In this document: positions 29,155-38,576 of the stretch, piece by piece
Position numbering within the stretch: position 1 is the stretch's first letter
Layout of the letters: every line of letters begins with the position of its first letter
IMG/VR virus record: IMGVR_UViG_3300046807_000026
Location: 1 to 52,569 of that record
Direction: 5' to 3' (one strand)
Origin: a virus
Taxonomy: Duplodnaviria; Caudoviricetes
DNA: 52,569 nt
Translations under genes and position numbers: made by a program
Notes under the pieces: model-generated
Seen by the model: only the letters and a program-made list of their open reading frames with translations
What the model was told of the DNA's origin: nothing
The model's database searches: none

Positions 29155-30849
29155 TTACATGCAAGCTTCACATTCACCCTTACTGGCTTGTACACCAGCT
29201 TGAGTATAAATATAATACAACGCTAAGATATTAGGATCACGGAAAGCTTCAGCGTGAACTTCAGCAATCCAAGCAGGGTCTTCATCTGCTGCAAAGAATA
29301 GATTTAACGACTGCCACTGATCAATATATCGACTACGTGCAGATGCTAATCTTAACACAGCTTTCTGGTTGATTTCAAAAGCAGTTTTAAATACTTGCTT
29401 TTCATCTTCAGTTAACCATTCCACATGCTGGACCGACCCTTGTTTATCTGTAATCTCTTGAACATGTTTCTTGGTGTAAACACCTTTCTTTTTCATTAGC
29501 TCAAGTAGTACAGGATTCAAACGATCAATCTCACCAGCGGAAGTAGTTTGATTGTAACTCATAGCTGGATCAGGATTAATACCTTCTGATACTCCACCCA
29601 TTAGTAATGCAGTTGATTTGGTAGGTGCAATAGCAATCAAGTGCGTATTACGAATACCATAACCTTTACACCATTCCGGTTCACCTAAGAGAACAGCCAT
29701 TTCTTTGGTAGCTTTTTGTGCTTGTTCCCAAATATCAGCTTGAATCTCTTGACTTAATCTGTGTGCATCAAAGCCTTCAAACGGTAGCATCTCTTGCATA
29801 AACAAAGTATGAATACCGCATAGACCCAAACCAAGTGCTCTGCTCTTTTCAGTAAACCGAACAGCTTTCTCTAGACCGTGAATACCTTTGGCTTTCTCAA
29901 TAAACTCAGAAGCTACACAATCCAAGAAGATAGTTGCCCAATAAGCTGCATCTGTACCCTTCCATTCTCTGCGTTTAGCTGCATTCATTGAAGATAGCAC
30001 ACAAGTATATGTATGGTCCAAATCATTGAACAGCATAATCTCAGAGCATAGCTGTGAGTTATTAATCTTCAGTCCACGATCTACATAAGTAATTGGACGT
30101 TTAGCATTTGCTTTGTCAATAAAGAAGAAATAACCTTTACCAGTTACCATCTTAATCTTCATAGCTTTTTGGAATCGCTGAATCGCATCTTGATCACCAG
30201 CTTCCAAGCGATCAATAAATGACTGTCGAATTGTCCAACCTGCGTTTAGATCATCTGGTTCAGCTAAGATATGATCAGAGATTTCGTTGAAGTCACCGTG
30301 TTCAATATCTAAGTAGAAAGCCCACGCACCTCTACGTGCAGTACCTTGTGCAATATTACGCATAGCGTTAACATGCTCTTTGATAACTGGTAGAACACCA
30401 GAAGCTTTACCGCCTACACTGATCTTTGATCCACGAGGACGAACTGCACTTAGATCAGTTGCTGTACCAAAACCATATTTAGTTAACATAGCAACTTCAT
30501 GTAAGTTACTGTAGAAACCATCAACAGAATCGTCAGCAATGGTTCCTGAGCATGATACAGGCATTCCACGGGTTGTTCCCATGTTGGCTAGTACAGGAGT
30601 GCTAGGTGATAACCAACCGTTCCACAGCAGCTTAAAGAACTCTGCTTCAGCAGTAGGAAGCATCGGAACGTGTTTTGCTGCAGTACGGGCTATCCTCTCA
30701 AACTGACCACGTACAGAACGACCTTCGGTTTGATATTCATATTTATCTTTGAACATCTGATAACCTGCAGTTGTATACCATTCAGGAACCAAACCTTGTT
30801 CCTGTAGTTTCTTGCGCTCTTCACTTAGTTCTTTATAAATATTACTCAT
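29155..30849 (-). CDS. nrdA: Ribonucleotide reductase class I alpha subunit (start MSNIY...)
   Basis: SPSTPVLAN, PVSC, SQLCSEI, IAPTKST, tandem YY, C-terminal CEAC. Confidence 0.93.
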   Translation of the reverse strand: MSNIYKELSEERKKLQEQGLVPEWYTTAGYQMFKDKYEYQTEGRSVRGQFERIARTAAKHVPMLPTAEAEFFKLLWNGWLSPSTPVLANMGTTRGMPVSCSGTIADDSVDGFYSNLHEVAMLTKYGFGTATDLSAVRPRGSKISVGGKASGVLPVIKEHVNAMRNIAQGTARRGAWAFYLDIEHGDFNEISDHILAEPDDLNAGWTIRQSFIDRLEAGDQDAIQRFQKAMKIKMVTGKGYFFFIDKANAKRPITYVDRGLKINNSQLCSEIMLFNDLDHTYTCVLSSMNAAKRREWKGTDAAYWATIFLDCVASEFIEKAKGIHGLEKAVRFTEKSRALGLGLCGIHTLFMQEMLPFEGFDAHRLSQEIQADIWEQAQKATKEMAVLLGEPEWCKGYGIRNTHLIAIAPTKSTALLMGGVSEGINPDPAMSYNQTTSAGEIDRLNPVLLELMKKKGVYTKKHVQEITDKQGSVQHVEWLTEDEKQVFKTAFEINQKAVLRLASARSRYIDQWQSLNLFFAADEDPAWIAEVHAEAFRDPNILALYYIYTQAGVQASKGECEACM

Positions 30850-31834
30850 TAGTTTCCTTTTTCCATACAAAATCTGCACTATCCCAACTACGATGATACT
30901 GGTTACCCATACCACTGAAGAAGTCATTAAAGGTGTAATCATTGATACCTTTATAGAACCATTCAGAAATCGGATTATACTTCACATCATACTCTTTAGC
31001 AAACCCTAATTGTTTCAAGCATTCATTAACTCTTGACTGCACAAAGTTCTCAAGTTGATGAGCAGTGATACCTTTGATTTCACCTTGTTCAAATAACTTA
31101 GCGATAATCTGACATTCATGCTCATATAGTTTTTGTGCTACTAAACGAACTTGAGCTTCAATTGCTAACTTATGTAGTTCAAAAGTTTCGGGTGAAAGAG
31201 TTTGCTTTAGCTGCTCTAGCTTATATTTAAAAGCCCAAGCACCACCAGTAGAATGCATATTTTCATCACGTACTGAGAAGTTAATCCCACGTACAATATT
31301 CATTAACTTATTCTTACCTTGAGATTGATAATGCTTTAAGAATGCAAATGATGAATACAAGATTACACCTTCTACCATTGAAAAAGCAGCTAATGAAATC
31401 AAATCATCAGGATGATCAATAATTTCACCGATGTGTTCCACCCGTTGGTTCAATACTGGATCATTTAAATATGATGTATAAAACTCTGGTGTATCAATGT
31501 GCAATAACTGATTGATCTTGTTGTAAAACGGTGCATGAACTGCTAGTTCAAACATAGAGAATACAGATGCCATCCTATGAAATTCTGCACCATTAAACAT
31601 ATTCTTAAATCGTCCACCCCAATATTCTGAACCAGCATGTGTTTCATAGATACTGAATAGTTTCAGTGTAGTAATAACTGCATGTTTTTCTGCAGGGGTG
31701 AAATTCACCAATACATCCTGAATATCTTTCTCTACTTTGATTTCATCTGGCAACCAAAATACTTTTAGCTGCTGATCTGCAAACTCAACTGGTTCCTGTC
31801 GTTCATTGATAGGTAACAAGTATTTTTCTAGCAT
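30842..31834 (-). CDS. nrdB: Ribonucleotide reductase class I beta subunit
   Basis: FWLPDEI, VEGVILYSSF, RDENMH, DFF...Y C-terminus. Confidence 0.93.
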   Translation of the reverse strand: MLEKYLLPINERQEPVEFADQQLKVFWLPDEIKVEKDIQDVLVNFTPAEKHAVITTLKLFSIYETHAGSEYWGGRFKNMFNGAEFHRMASVFSMFELAVHAPFYNKINQLLHIDTPEFYTSYLNDPVLNQRVEHIGEIIDHPDDLISLAAFSMVEGVILYSSFAFLKHYQSQGKNKLMNIVRGINFSVRDENMHSTGGAWAFKYKLEQLKQTLSPETFELHKLAIEAQVRLVAQKLYEHECQIIAKLFEQGEIKGITAHQLENFVQSRVNECLKQLGFAKEYDVKYNPISEWFYKGINDYTFNDFFSGMGNQYHRSWDSADFVWKKETNE

Positions 31835-32248
31835 TTAATCTTCCTCTGTTGTTGTTGCGTATTTATCTCTGGATTCTAACAGTGCCTGTGCATCTTCTGT
31901 TTCGTATCTAGCACGATAAATGTCTTCTGTTAATTTACTTCCGCTTGCTTTATCAATTGCTTGTCTACTTGCGTATCCATTATTGATCCAAGCTTCATCT
32001 AATCGTTCCTCGCCAACCCACCGACTGCATACAACAACTTCGTTAAATCTATTTCTGTGTTGCAAACCATCTTGTCGCTGATATGGTCGATCTACATTCA
32101 TTCCTAAAGAATAAAGAAAATTCTTAAATTCTTCATCCTTGTGTTCAAACTCACTTGAGTAATTTGGCATTACTTTAACAATCTCCGATTCGGAAATAAT
32201 ACATAAAGCTACAATTGCATTTGGGCGAGTTAGTTGTTTTTTATTCAT
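31835..32248 (-). CDS. Hypothetical protein
   Basis: 137-aa ORF with RBS, first gene after the 32281 promoter. Confidence 0.6.
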   Translation of the reverse strand: MNKKQLTRPNAIVALCIISESEIVKVMPNYSSEFEHKDEEFKNFLYSLGMNVDRPYQRQDGLQHRNRFNEVVVCSRWVGEERLDEAWINNGYASRQAIDKASGSKLTEDIYRARYETEDAQALLESRDKYATTTEED

Positions 32249-32280
32249 TGTTACTACCTTTCAGAATAAATGAGAGTCCT

Positions 32281-32309
32281 ATTATATCACTGCTTATTAG
32301 TTAAATCAA
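32281..32309 (-). promoter_or_regulatory. Sigma70-type promoter for the nrd operon
   Basis: Minus strand TTGATT-N17-TATAAT with extended -10. Confidence 0.7.
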
Positions 32310-32440
32310 GGTTTTGTTGATTTATCTTTTTTCTTCTTATGCAACTGACGATGTTCATACAGCATCTTAATTGCAACAGCATACATTGTTACAATAATGG
32401 CTACCAGTATCAGTAAACTAGTTACTTGTAAAATAATCAT
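32306..32440 (-). CDS. Small membrane protein (44 aa, not in the ORF track)
   Basis: MIILQVTSLLILVAIIVTMYAVAIKML...; RBS aagga; overlaps the upstream stop. Confidence 0.45.
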   Translation of the reverse strand: MIILQVTSLLILVAIIVTMYAVAIKMLYEHRQLHKKKKDKSTKP

Positions 32441-33000
32441 TTACTATCCTTTTCTTTGAGTTTAGGGTCCAGCATAAATTCCAATAGGAACATTGCATTA
32501 ACAGCCACAGCAGCCATGTGAAGCATATCTGGTACGCTGCTATCGGTGTCATACAGTTCGCCTCTTCTATGTGCCTCTAAATGCCTGTAAAGAGCATCTA
32601 GATATCGCTGTTCAGCACCCTGTACTTTCTTCCAGTTATCTCGTTCTTTGTACTTTTTAAGACCGACTGTAAGATTCTTAGCAATTTGTTCTAATGCATG
32701 AGATGGAATTAAGCTATATTGTAACTTATCCTGATCATACTTAGTGCCAATTGGTTGGTTTTCTTGCATAGTAATTGTACTTGTAGGTTGCCAATCTTTC
32801 ATTTGCTGAGTGCTTGATCGTAAGTCTACTGAAGCTGGTACAAAATATGAATCAGTTTCAGAACAACTCATGATTCTATTTGCTTCTGTACAACCTCTAC
32901 TATCATTGCGAAATGCACACGAATTACATTCGTAAACACCTTCTTTATCCAATACTGGTGTATAAACTTTACCTTTAACTGTAATATCTTTTAAACTCAT
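32437..33000 (-). CDS. dATP/dGTP diphosphohydrolase-like protein (DUF5664 family) with Cys-rich N-terminus
   Basis: GTKYDQDKLQYSLIP...G-x-KKY...NW...YLDALYRHL...H; start at MSLKD after RBS aggagg. Confidence 0.75.
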   Translation of the reverse strand: MSLKDITVKGKVYTPVLDKEGVYECNSCAFRNDSRGCTEANRIMSCSETDSYFVPASVDLRSSTQQMKDWQPTSTITMQENQPIGTKYDQDKLQYSLIPSHALEQIAKNLTVGLKKYKERDNWKKVQGAEQRYLDALYRHLEAHRRGELYDTDSSVPDMLHMAAVAVNAMFLLEFMLDPKLKEKDSK

Positions 33001-33001
33001 T

Positions 33002-33505
33002 TCAATCCTCCTTAAATCCATTTTCAAGTAGTTCTTTAGGAATGCAATTGCTAAGATCATTACTCTCAAAGTCAATTGGCTTCATAACTTTATCGTTGTG
33101 GTTTTTGATAACAAACAAATCATAGTTTGAATTGTACTCTACATTTACCACAATACCATCTTCTTCATATTTCTGAGCAGTTTGAATCGCTGTCAATTCT
33201 TTTGCTGGAAACTTAGTTAAATTATTGTATGCAGTATCACGCATCGCTTTATTACCATCGACACCAAGTTGTTCTAGCTTTTGCAATAAACCCAATGCTG
33301 TAACTAAAACATCAATTACACCATCTACAACTTCTTTTGCATTGTTCTTGTCAATACCTTTTTCTTTAATTTCTTTAGTTTCCTCTAGAATTAATTTGTA
33401 TTGAAAATCAATATCTTTTAAAGCAGTGAGATTATGCTTACCTGCAATTTCATTGAAAGCATAGCAGTCTAGTTGGAAATCTGAAATATTGTAATCAGTA
33501 ATCAT
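33002..33505 (-). CDS. MazG/PRA-PH-like NTP pyrophosphohydrolase
   Basis: LILEETKE...EVVDGVIDVLV...NNLTKF...KVMKP. Confidence 0.7.
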   Translation of the reverse strand: MITDYNISDFQLDCYAFNEIAGKHNLTALKDIDFQYKLILEETKEIKEKGIDKNNAKEVVDGVIDVLVTALGLLQKLEQLGVDGNKAMRDTAYNNLTKFPAKELTAIQTAQKYEEDGIVVNVEYNSNYDLFVIKNHNDKVMKPIDFESNDLSNCIPKELLENGFKED

Positions 33506-33687
33506 AGGTCTTCCTTTTTAGTATTTTTGATATAATCGAGGTCGTACATAGCATCTTCTGTAGCTTGTTTCAGATAAGCTAACCAAAATAAAGGTAGAAG
33601 AATCAACCATACAAAAATTACCAAAAACTTTAGATTGTGTTTGATCATCCATTTAACCCAAGGTTGCAACATATAAGCTCCTTTCAA
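33502..33687 (-). CDS. Small membrane protein
   Basis: Single TM segment. Confidence 0.5.
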   Translation of the reverse strand: MKGAYMLQPWVKWMIKHNLKFLVIFVWLILLPLFWLAYLKQATEDAMYDLDYIKNTKKEDL

Positions 33688-33692
33688 GAGAC

Positions 33693-33718
33693 AAAAAATC
33701 CCCGAGAATTACTCGGGG
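33693..33718 (-). terminator. Rho-independent terminator
   Basis: ccccgag/ctcgggg stem plus T6 on the minus strand. Confidence 0.75.
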
Positions 33719-33758
33719 TGTGAATTCAAATTGTAAATGCTATTGTAGCATAACTTTG

Positions 33759-34718
33759 TTACATCAGCAAGCTCTTTCGCTTTTCTTTTGTAGTTTTCGG
33801 TGTTCTATGACGATGTACAGCACCGCATTCATTACAACGTACTTCATCAAAAGAATTCAAAGCTGTTTCTACTGTGCGACCTGTAGCTTCAACTTCTGAG
33901 CTACCACATACACGACAACGAACGAGATCGTCATTGTAGTACAAAGCTGCATTAAAGTCAGAACCAGCACGCCCTAACTGACGAGTACGCAAGTAAACTT
34001 CATATAGTAAGTCTACATCTTGTAAGCAGTATTCTACCATCTGTTCCATCGCTTCTTCATCACCTTCTTGAACTTTACGCCATAGTGAAATACCACCAGT
34101 GCTGATCTTACGACCTAGACCGAAGAATTCACCAATTGCATCCAAGCGATTGCTAGGTAGTTTCAAGTACTTCTTAACCAGTTGTAGAGTATCTAGTACT
34201 TTAACTTGTGGTAGTGGAGGAAAACCATTGTAGATTGCTCTTGCTTGTACAACTTTATGATCAAATCCTAAACTGTTGTGTGCAAGTACAGCATCTGCCT
34301 CTTCGTAAAGTTCAAACAACTTTGCGATAATTCTGGAATCATCTTTATTTAGTACTTCTTCTGGTGTTAAGTAAATGCTTTGTGTGTCATTACTACCCAA
34401 CCAGCGCCAGCAAGCACATAGAATCCAACCACCATTATCTAAGATATTGTCTTGTGATAGGTTAACTTTGAATCGACCAAATGTAAGTGCAGTAGCTGCT
34501 GCAGTTTCAGTATCAAATACTAAAATCTTTGGACCTTCAGTTTGCTTGAATGCTACTTCATCTGGATTATGGAAAGGATATGGATCAGCAATCCAACGGT
34601 TCCAAATATCATTAACAGTGCTTTTACCAATTCCTAGCTCTTCTGCAACTTTTCGACTACTGATACCAGCACCAGTCATTTTCACAACTTGCTCTACGAT
34701 CTTATCTGAATGCTTCAT
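33759..34718 (-). CDS. DnaQ/RNase H-like 3'-5' exonuclease with N-terminal HTH and C-terminal Zn ribbon
   Basis: VFDTET, AHNSLGFD, YCLQDV exonuclease motifs; SSRKVAEELGIGKSTV HTH; CRVC...CNEC. Confidence 0.8.
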   Translation of the reverse strand: MKHSDKIVEQVVKMTGAGISSRKVAEELGIGKSTVNDIWNRWIADPYPFHNPDEVAFKQTEGPKILVFDTETAAATALTFGRFKVNLSQDNILDNGGWILCACWRWLGSNDTQSIYLTPEEVLNKDDSRIIAKLFELYEEADAVLAHNSLGFDHKVVQARAIYNGFPPLPQVKVLDTLQLVKKYLKLPSNRLDAIGEFFGLGRKISTGGISLWRKVQEGDEEAMEQMVEYCLQDVDLLYEVYLRTRQLGRAGSDFNAALYYNDDLVRCRVCGSSEVEATGRTVETALNSFDEVRCNECGAVHRHRTPKTTKEKRKSLLM

Positions 34719-34903
34719 TCTACATTTCCTTCCGTTACGGTTGCATCATGTTTGTATATCCAATTTAAAGCATTGAATTGCCCATCTCTTTCTCTTGTCC
34801 AATAAGACTTGTCATCAACGAATCTTACTTCGAATTCTTCACCGATATGTTTATTGTACCAAAGAAGACTGTTGGTGCATTTTATAACTCTAATCTTCAT
34901 CAT
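34715..34903 (-). CDS. Hypothetical protein
   Basis: Coupled ORF within the operon. Confidence 0.55.
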   Translation of the reverse strand: MMKIRVIKCTNSLLWYNKHIGEEFEVRFVDDKSYWTRERDGQFNALNWIYKHDATVTEGNVE

Positions 34904-35403
34904 TGCTCCTTTGCATTGTTGATAGTGTTGCGGATTGTATCATAATTATAGGTTCGTGTCAATAGAATACGTTGAAATAACTTCTTACGCTCTACTCCAT
35001 TCTTTCCTGCAGTCTGACCTAAAGATATTAATACGGCATCTTTTTGTGCTTCTTTTAGTTTATTAAACTCAGTATTAACCTTTTTGATCCAACCGTTGTG
35101 ACGATATCGAGTGTCTGGTTCCTTCTCCAAGTAATCAGCGCACTCTCTAAGCAGTGTAGGTAAATCATTAGGATACCACCATGCAATCAAGCGCACAAAG
35201 GCATTCTCAGCTTTACCTGCAAAAGCATTGACCTGACGATGTAGTACACCTCTTACAAGCTGAGTTTCATCGTGTGCATGATCAAGAACGTGCTGCTTAA
35301 CTGGAATTTCTAAACCAGTTACAGCGCACTTATTATCTTGCTCTTTTGTAAGTAACTCTCGTACCTTTTTAACATCTGCTGTGTTGTATAGGTCAATCGT
35401 CAT
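34900..35403 (-). CDS. Recombination endonuclease VII-like
   Basis: EQDNKCAV...VLDHAH...VRGVLHRQVN. Confidence 0.8.
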   Translation of the reverse strand: MTIDLYNTADVKKVRELLTKEQDNKCAVTGLEIPVKQHVLDHAHDETQLVRGVLHRQVNAFAGKAENAFVRLIAWWYPNDLPTLLRECADYLEKEPDTRYRHNGWIKKVNTEFNKLKEAQKDAVLISLGQTAGKNGVERKKLFQRILLTRTYNYDTIRNTINNAKEQ

Positions 35404-35611
35404 TAGTATTTAACCTTCGCTCTAATCGGTCGATGATATCGTCCATTTCACCAATTACAGCTTCCAAGTTACAAATCTCTTCTGCAGCTTCTTCAAGTAA
35501 ATCAGAGATTCTATCCGGTTTACCTTCCTGCACTGATTTCCGTGAGTTAATACTTCTACGAATTTCTGCTCGTTTTCTTAAACGAAAAATCAACGAATCT
35601 TCATTGCTCAT
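35393..35611 (-). CDS. Hypothetical protein
   Basis: Coupled ORF; DLLEEAAEEI helix. Confidence 0.6.
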   Translation of the reverse strand: MSNEDSLIFRLRKRAEIRRSINSRKSVQEGKPDRISDLLEEAAEEICNLEAVIGEMDDIIDRLERRLNTNDD

Positions 35612-36582
35612 AATATAATTCCTCTTTCATCCATAAAGTCATATACATCACTTGGATCATTCCAACTGCGTTTCATATAAGCGCATTTCCAATACAAGTT
35701 CAGCATGTCTTTCCAAGTTGCGTTATGTTCTTGACCATGACAATCAGTGTACTGAAATTCATCAGGATACAATCTCTTGAATTCAGAGAACATGATCTGC
35801 ATGATTTCTTTTTCTGTACTAGCATCGAGTAATGCTTTCATTGCATAGCTAGGTCCATATCTGATCTTGGACAACTCATAACCTTTATAAGTATCAGCAG
35901 CATCACCAGATAGTACTTGTAAGGCTAAGAACTTTAAACCATTACCTTTGACTGTGCTTTTAACTTTATACAGTGTACCAACATCAGGTATCAGTTCAAT
36001 CTTTGGATTATCTACAGTCCAGTTAAAGAGGCTAATTCCTTGGCACTGGTAGCTATCCTTATCTACGCTTGCTAACACGGCTTCCTGACCGTTATAGAGG
36101 GCTTCGTAGGAGCGTATGGTGACTACATCATCTACCTCTAAACCATTATCAACAACCTTTGCTTTGTACTTGCGTCTTAGATGATTTCTAACAGCAGTCA
36201 AATGCACAGGTCTAATGTTGTCCTCTCTGTTGCTTTTATAAGGTGAAGGCAAAGGTAACTTATGTCTGAAGGTTTCTCCACCACCAATATAAATCTCAAC
36301 ATCGTCACACCAAGTTGACTCCATAAGTTTTTCAATGCTCTTGTTTGCAGTACTGATGGCAAATGAAATATCGACAGGATGCTGATGATCTGTAATCTCA
36401 TAATCTTCTGCTTTAAATTCCATTTGTTTGTTTTCTAGAAACTTCTTGAATTCAGTTCTTGTATCAAACTCTTTTTCTCTACCTGATTTTAAATGCTTTA
36501 CAATAACTGTACGAGTCTCAGCAGCGGCAGCATGTTTGTACGCCACTAGATCACCATCGACAATTAAGAGTCTTTTACTCAT
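35608..36582 (-). CDS. 5'-3' exonuclease / flap endonuclease (T7 gp6-like)
   Basis: IVDGDLVAY, YKSNR, LEVDDV, SVDKD, GDAAD motifs. Confidence 0.85.
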   Translation of the reverse strand: MSKRLLIVDGDLVAYKHAAAAETRTVIVKHLKSGREKEFDTRTEFKKFLENKQMEFKAEDYEITDHQHPVDISFAISTANKSIEKLMESTWCDDVEIYIGGGETFRHKLPLPSPYKSNREDNIRPVHLTAVRNHLRRKYKAKVVDNGLEVDDVVTIRSYEALYNGQEAVLASVDKDSYQCQGISLFNWTVDNPKIELIPDVGTLYKVKSTVKGNGLKFLALQVLSGDAADTYKGYELSKIRYGPSYAMKALLDASTEKEIMQIMFSEFKRLYPDEFQYTDCHGQEHNATWKDMLNLYWKCAYMKRSWNDPSDVYDFMDERGIIL

Positions 36583-36935
36583 AGGCTCTTCTCCTTTATT
36601 AGATATACAAATACTTCCAGTCCATGTTGTCTAGCTTGTGTAATCATGTTTGCAGTACCTTTACTCTCACCGTCCCATACAGCAATCAATGCATCTGCAT
36701 ATTCAGCCATCTGTAGGTTACGCAATGGTCCAGCACGTTTACCATACTTGTTCCAATCTGCAGGAAATCTTTGAATTGAAATACCATTATCTTTGGCAAA
36801 AAGTTCACCAAGATAGTCTACACCTTTGGCAGCACCTGAAACAATTTCTGTAGCTTGAAAACCAGATTTATGGTATGCAGTTTTTACAACATTGTAATCT
36901 GTGATATTTCTACCACCAGCAATAATAACCTTCAT
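36579..36935 (-). CDS. SLOG-family (YspA/DUF2493-like) protein
   Basis: IIAGGR, IVSGAAKGVD, AGPLRN-x-x-M, WDGESKGT. Confidence 0.85.
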   Translation of the reverse strand: MKVIIAGGRNITDYNVVKTAYHKSGFQATEIVSGAAKGVDYLGELFAKDNGISIQRFPADWNKYGKRAGPLRNLQMAEYADALIAVWDGESKGTANMITQARQHGLEVFVYLIKEKSL

Positions 36936-36946
36936 AGGCTCTCCTT

Positions 36947-36977
36947 AAAGAAAAACCCGAGGGTATTAGCCTCGGGT
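36947..36977 (-). terminator. Rho-independent terminator
   Basis: acccgagg/cctcgggt stem plus T-run. Confidence 0.75.
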
Positions 36978-36983
36978 AAAATA

Positions 36984-37202
36984 TTAGCTTCGGCTAATGT
37001 CGATAGCTTTCAGAATTTCATCTGACTTAGCTTTCAGTTCATCAACCTTATTTTTAACAATTGCTTTTGCTACTGCACTAACGATTGCTGGATCAAGACC
37101 TGACTCTTTAGCTTCATCTTTAATATCTTTAGCTTCTTCAGCAAGTGATTGCTCTTGAGTATAAATACGAACTAGTTTTGAGATTGCTTCTTTCTGATTC
37201 AT
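36984..37202 (-). CDS. Small dsDNA-binding protein (GapR/T4 DsbA-like)
   Basis: EEAKDIKDEAKESGLDP motif. Confidence 0.6.
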   Translation of the reverse strand: MNQKEAISKLVRIYTQEQSLAEEAKDIKDEAKESGLDPAIVSAVAKAIVKNKVDELKAKSDEILKAIDISRS

Positions 37203-37203
37203 A

Positions 37204-37413
37204 TTATACCTTTTTATTGATGATTGCTTTACTGAATACAGTCAAGTTCAATAGAACTACTGCTGCCCATTGATAGAAACCAAATGGAATTGCAAGTACT
37301 GGAAATAGTGTATTGAGTGACCAAATAATAGCAAATGGTCCAAATACAATTAATAGCATTGCGAATACCAACAACGTGATGATTGTAATAATATCTGTAG
37401 TTTGTTTAGTCAT
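37204..37413 (-). CDS. Membrane protein
   Basis: Two hydrophobic segments. Confidence 0.6.
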   Translation of the reverse strand: MTKQTTDIITIITLLVFAMLLIVFGPFAIIWSLNTLFPVLAIPFGFYQWAAVVLLNLTVFSKAIINKKV

Positions 37414-37426
37414 AATAACCTTTCAA

Positions 37427-38068
37427 TCAAAATGGGATATCTTCTTCATCTTCAGCAGCAACTTCAACCTTAGCACGAGCTTTTGGCTTTGCTTCAGCTT
37501 TAGGAGCAGCTTTTGGAGCTTCTGCTTTTGGTTCATCATCGAACTCACTACCAGCTTCATAAGCAGCAGTTTCATCCGGTACATATTCAATCATGTCAGT
37601 GACTAGAACGTTCTTCAAGTACAGTGAAGTAGTACCGTTGGTGCGTTCAAACTTATCAATACTGATTGAACCGTAAGAACCATTTGCAGGTAACTTGCTG
37701 TTGGTAACATCTACTAGAGCTTTGCCAACTTTCTCAAACACTTTTGGTTTGTATAGATCAGGTACAGGCTTACCAGTTTTACCTAGCTCTGTGCTCTTGC
37801 GTAGAGTAACTACCCAAATGTTTTTACCGGCATCTTCTGGAGGTGCTACTTTATAGATTGATTCAAATTCAACAGTCTTGACTTTCTTGATTGAAGTCTT
37901 GGCAGCAATATTCTTAGTGAACTCTTCGTATTGATCTAGAATATCTTCATCTGTAATTGCTACAGAAGCTTTCCATTCATCTGGCTTTGCTGGCTCTCCT
38001 GCTTTAACGTAAGCTTTTTGAGGCTTGTTTAGTGACACATAGAGAAGCATACCTGTTAGTTTTTGCAT
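37427..38068 (-). CDS. Putative single-stranded DNA-binding protein
   Basis: Acidic tail ending EDEEDIPF; NGS motif; own strong promoter. Confidence 0.65.
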   Translation of the reverse strand: MQKLTGMLLYVSLNKPQKAYVKAGEPAKPDEWKASVAITDEDILDQYEEFTKNIAAKTSIKKVKTVEFESIYKVAPPEDAGKNIWVVTLRKSTELGKTGKPVPDLYKPKVFEKVGKALVDVTNSKLPANGSYGSISIDKFERTNGTTSLYLKNVLVTDMIEYVPDETAAYEAGSEFDDEPKAEAPKAAPKAEAKPKARAKVEVAAEDEEDIPF

Positions 38069-38131
38069 AATATTTCCTTTCGACTATTAATAAAAGACTC
38101 TACTTGTAACGGAAGTAGTAACCGAAGTGCA

Positions 38132-38160
38132 ATTATATCAAACTGCAAATGCTTTGTCAA
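38132..38160 (-). promoter_or_regulatory. Consensus sigma70 promoter
   Basis: TTGACA-N17-TATAAT. Confidence 0.85.
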
Positions 38161-38179
38161 TAGTTATTTGACTTTATTT

Positions 38180-38254
38180 TGGTGGGTCAGACTGGACTTG
38201 AACCAGCACTATCTCGATTATGAGTCGAGGGCTTCACCTTTAAGCTACCGACCC
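38180..38254 (-). tRNA. tRNA with CAT anticodon; probably Ile2 (lysidine, reads AUA), alternatively elongator Met
   Basis: Cloverleaf with anticodon arm CTCGA-CTCATAA-TCGAG, T-arm with TTCAAGT loop and encoded CCA. G1-C72 excludes an initiator. Anticodon and T arms resemble bacterial tRNA-Ile2. Confidence 0.88.
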
Positions 38255-38566
38255 TTATTCGTAAACTGTAACTGTTTTCTGTTTTGGTTCTACAAAAGCA
38301 AAACCTTGGTATTCTGTACCGTAGTGCGATGCATACCAACCGTAAAACTTAACAAAGCATTGTTCACCGCCTTTGCTAAATTTCCATACACACCAGTAAT
38401 CAGAACCTTGGTCTTCACCACCATATTGATCAACTGATTCATAAACAATTAGCTGATTATCTAATGCAGTTTCAGCATCACCTTCGCAATATTCTTGCAT
38501 CATGCATTTCAAGGAATCTTCATCTAATTCCTCAAATATGATCTCTAAAGTTTTTTTAAGACTCAT
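38255..38566 (-). CDS. Hypothetical protein, paralog B
   Basis: YGGEDQGSDYW...KFYGWYAS; start MSLKK after RBS aggag. Confidence 0.7.
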   Translation of the reverse strand: MSLKKTLEIIFEELDEDSLKCMMQEYCEGDAETALDNQLIVYESVDQYGGEDQGSDYWCVWKFSKGGEQCFVKFYGWYASHYGTEYQGFAFVEPKQKTVTVYE

Positions 38567-38576
38567 ATAACACTCC

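Noticed and set aside
32437-33505. 2-aminoadenine (Z-genome) pathway
   Set aside because: No PurZ-like gene is in the window; pyrophosphatases alone are insufficient evidence.
38063-38437. 124-aa + strand ORF, and the 79-aa + strand ORF at 40638-40877
   Set aside because: Both are antisense to tRNA genes, promoters and better-supported minus-strand genes.
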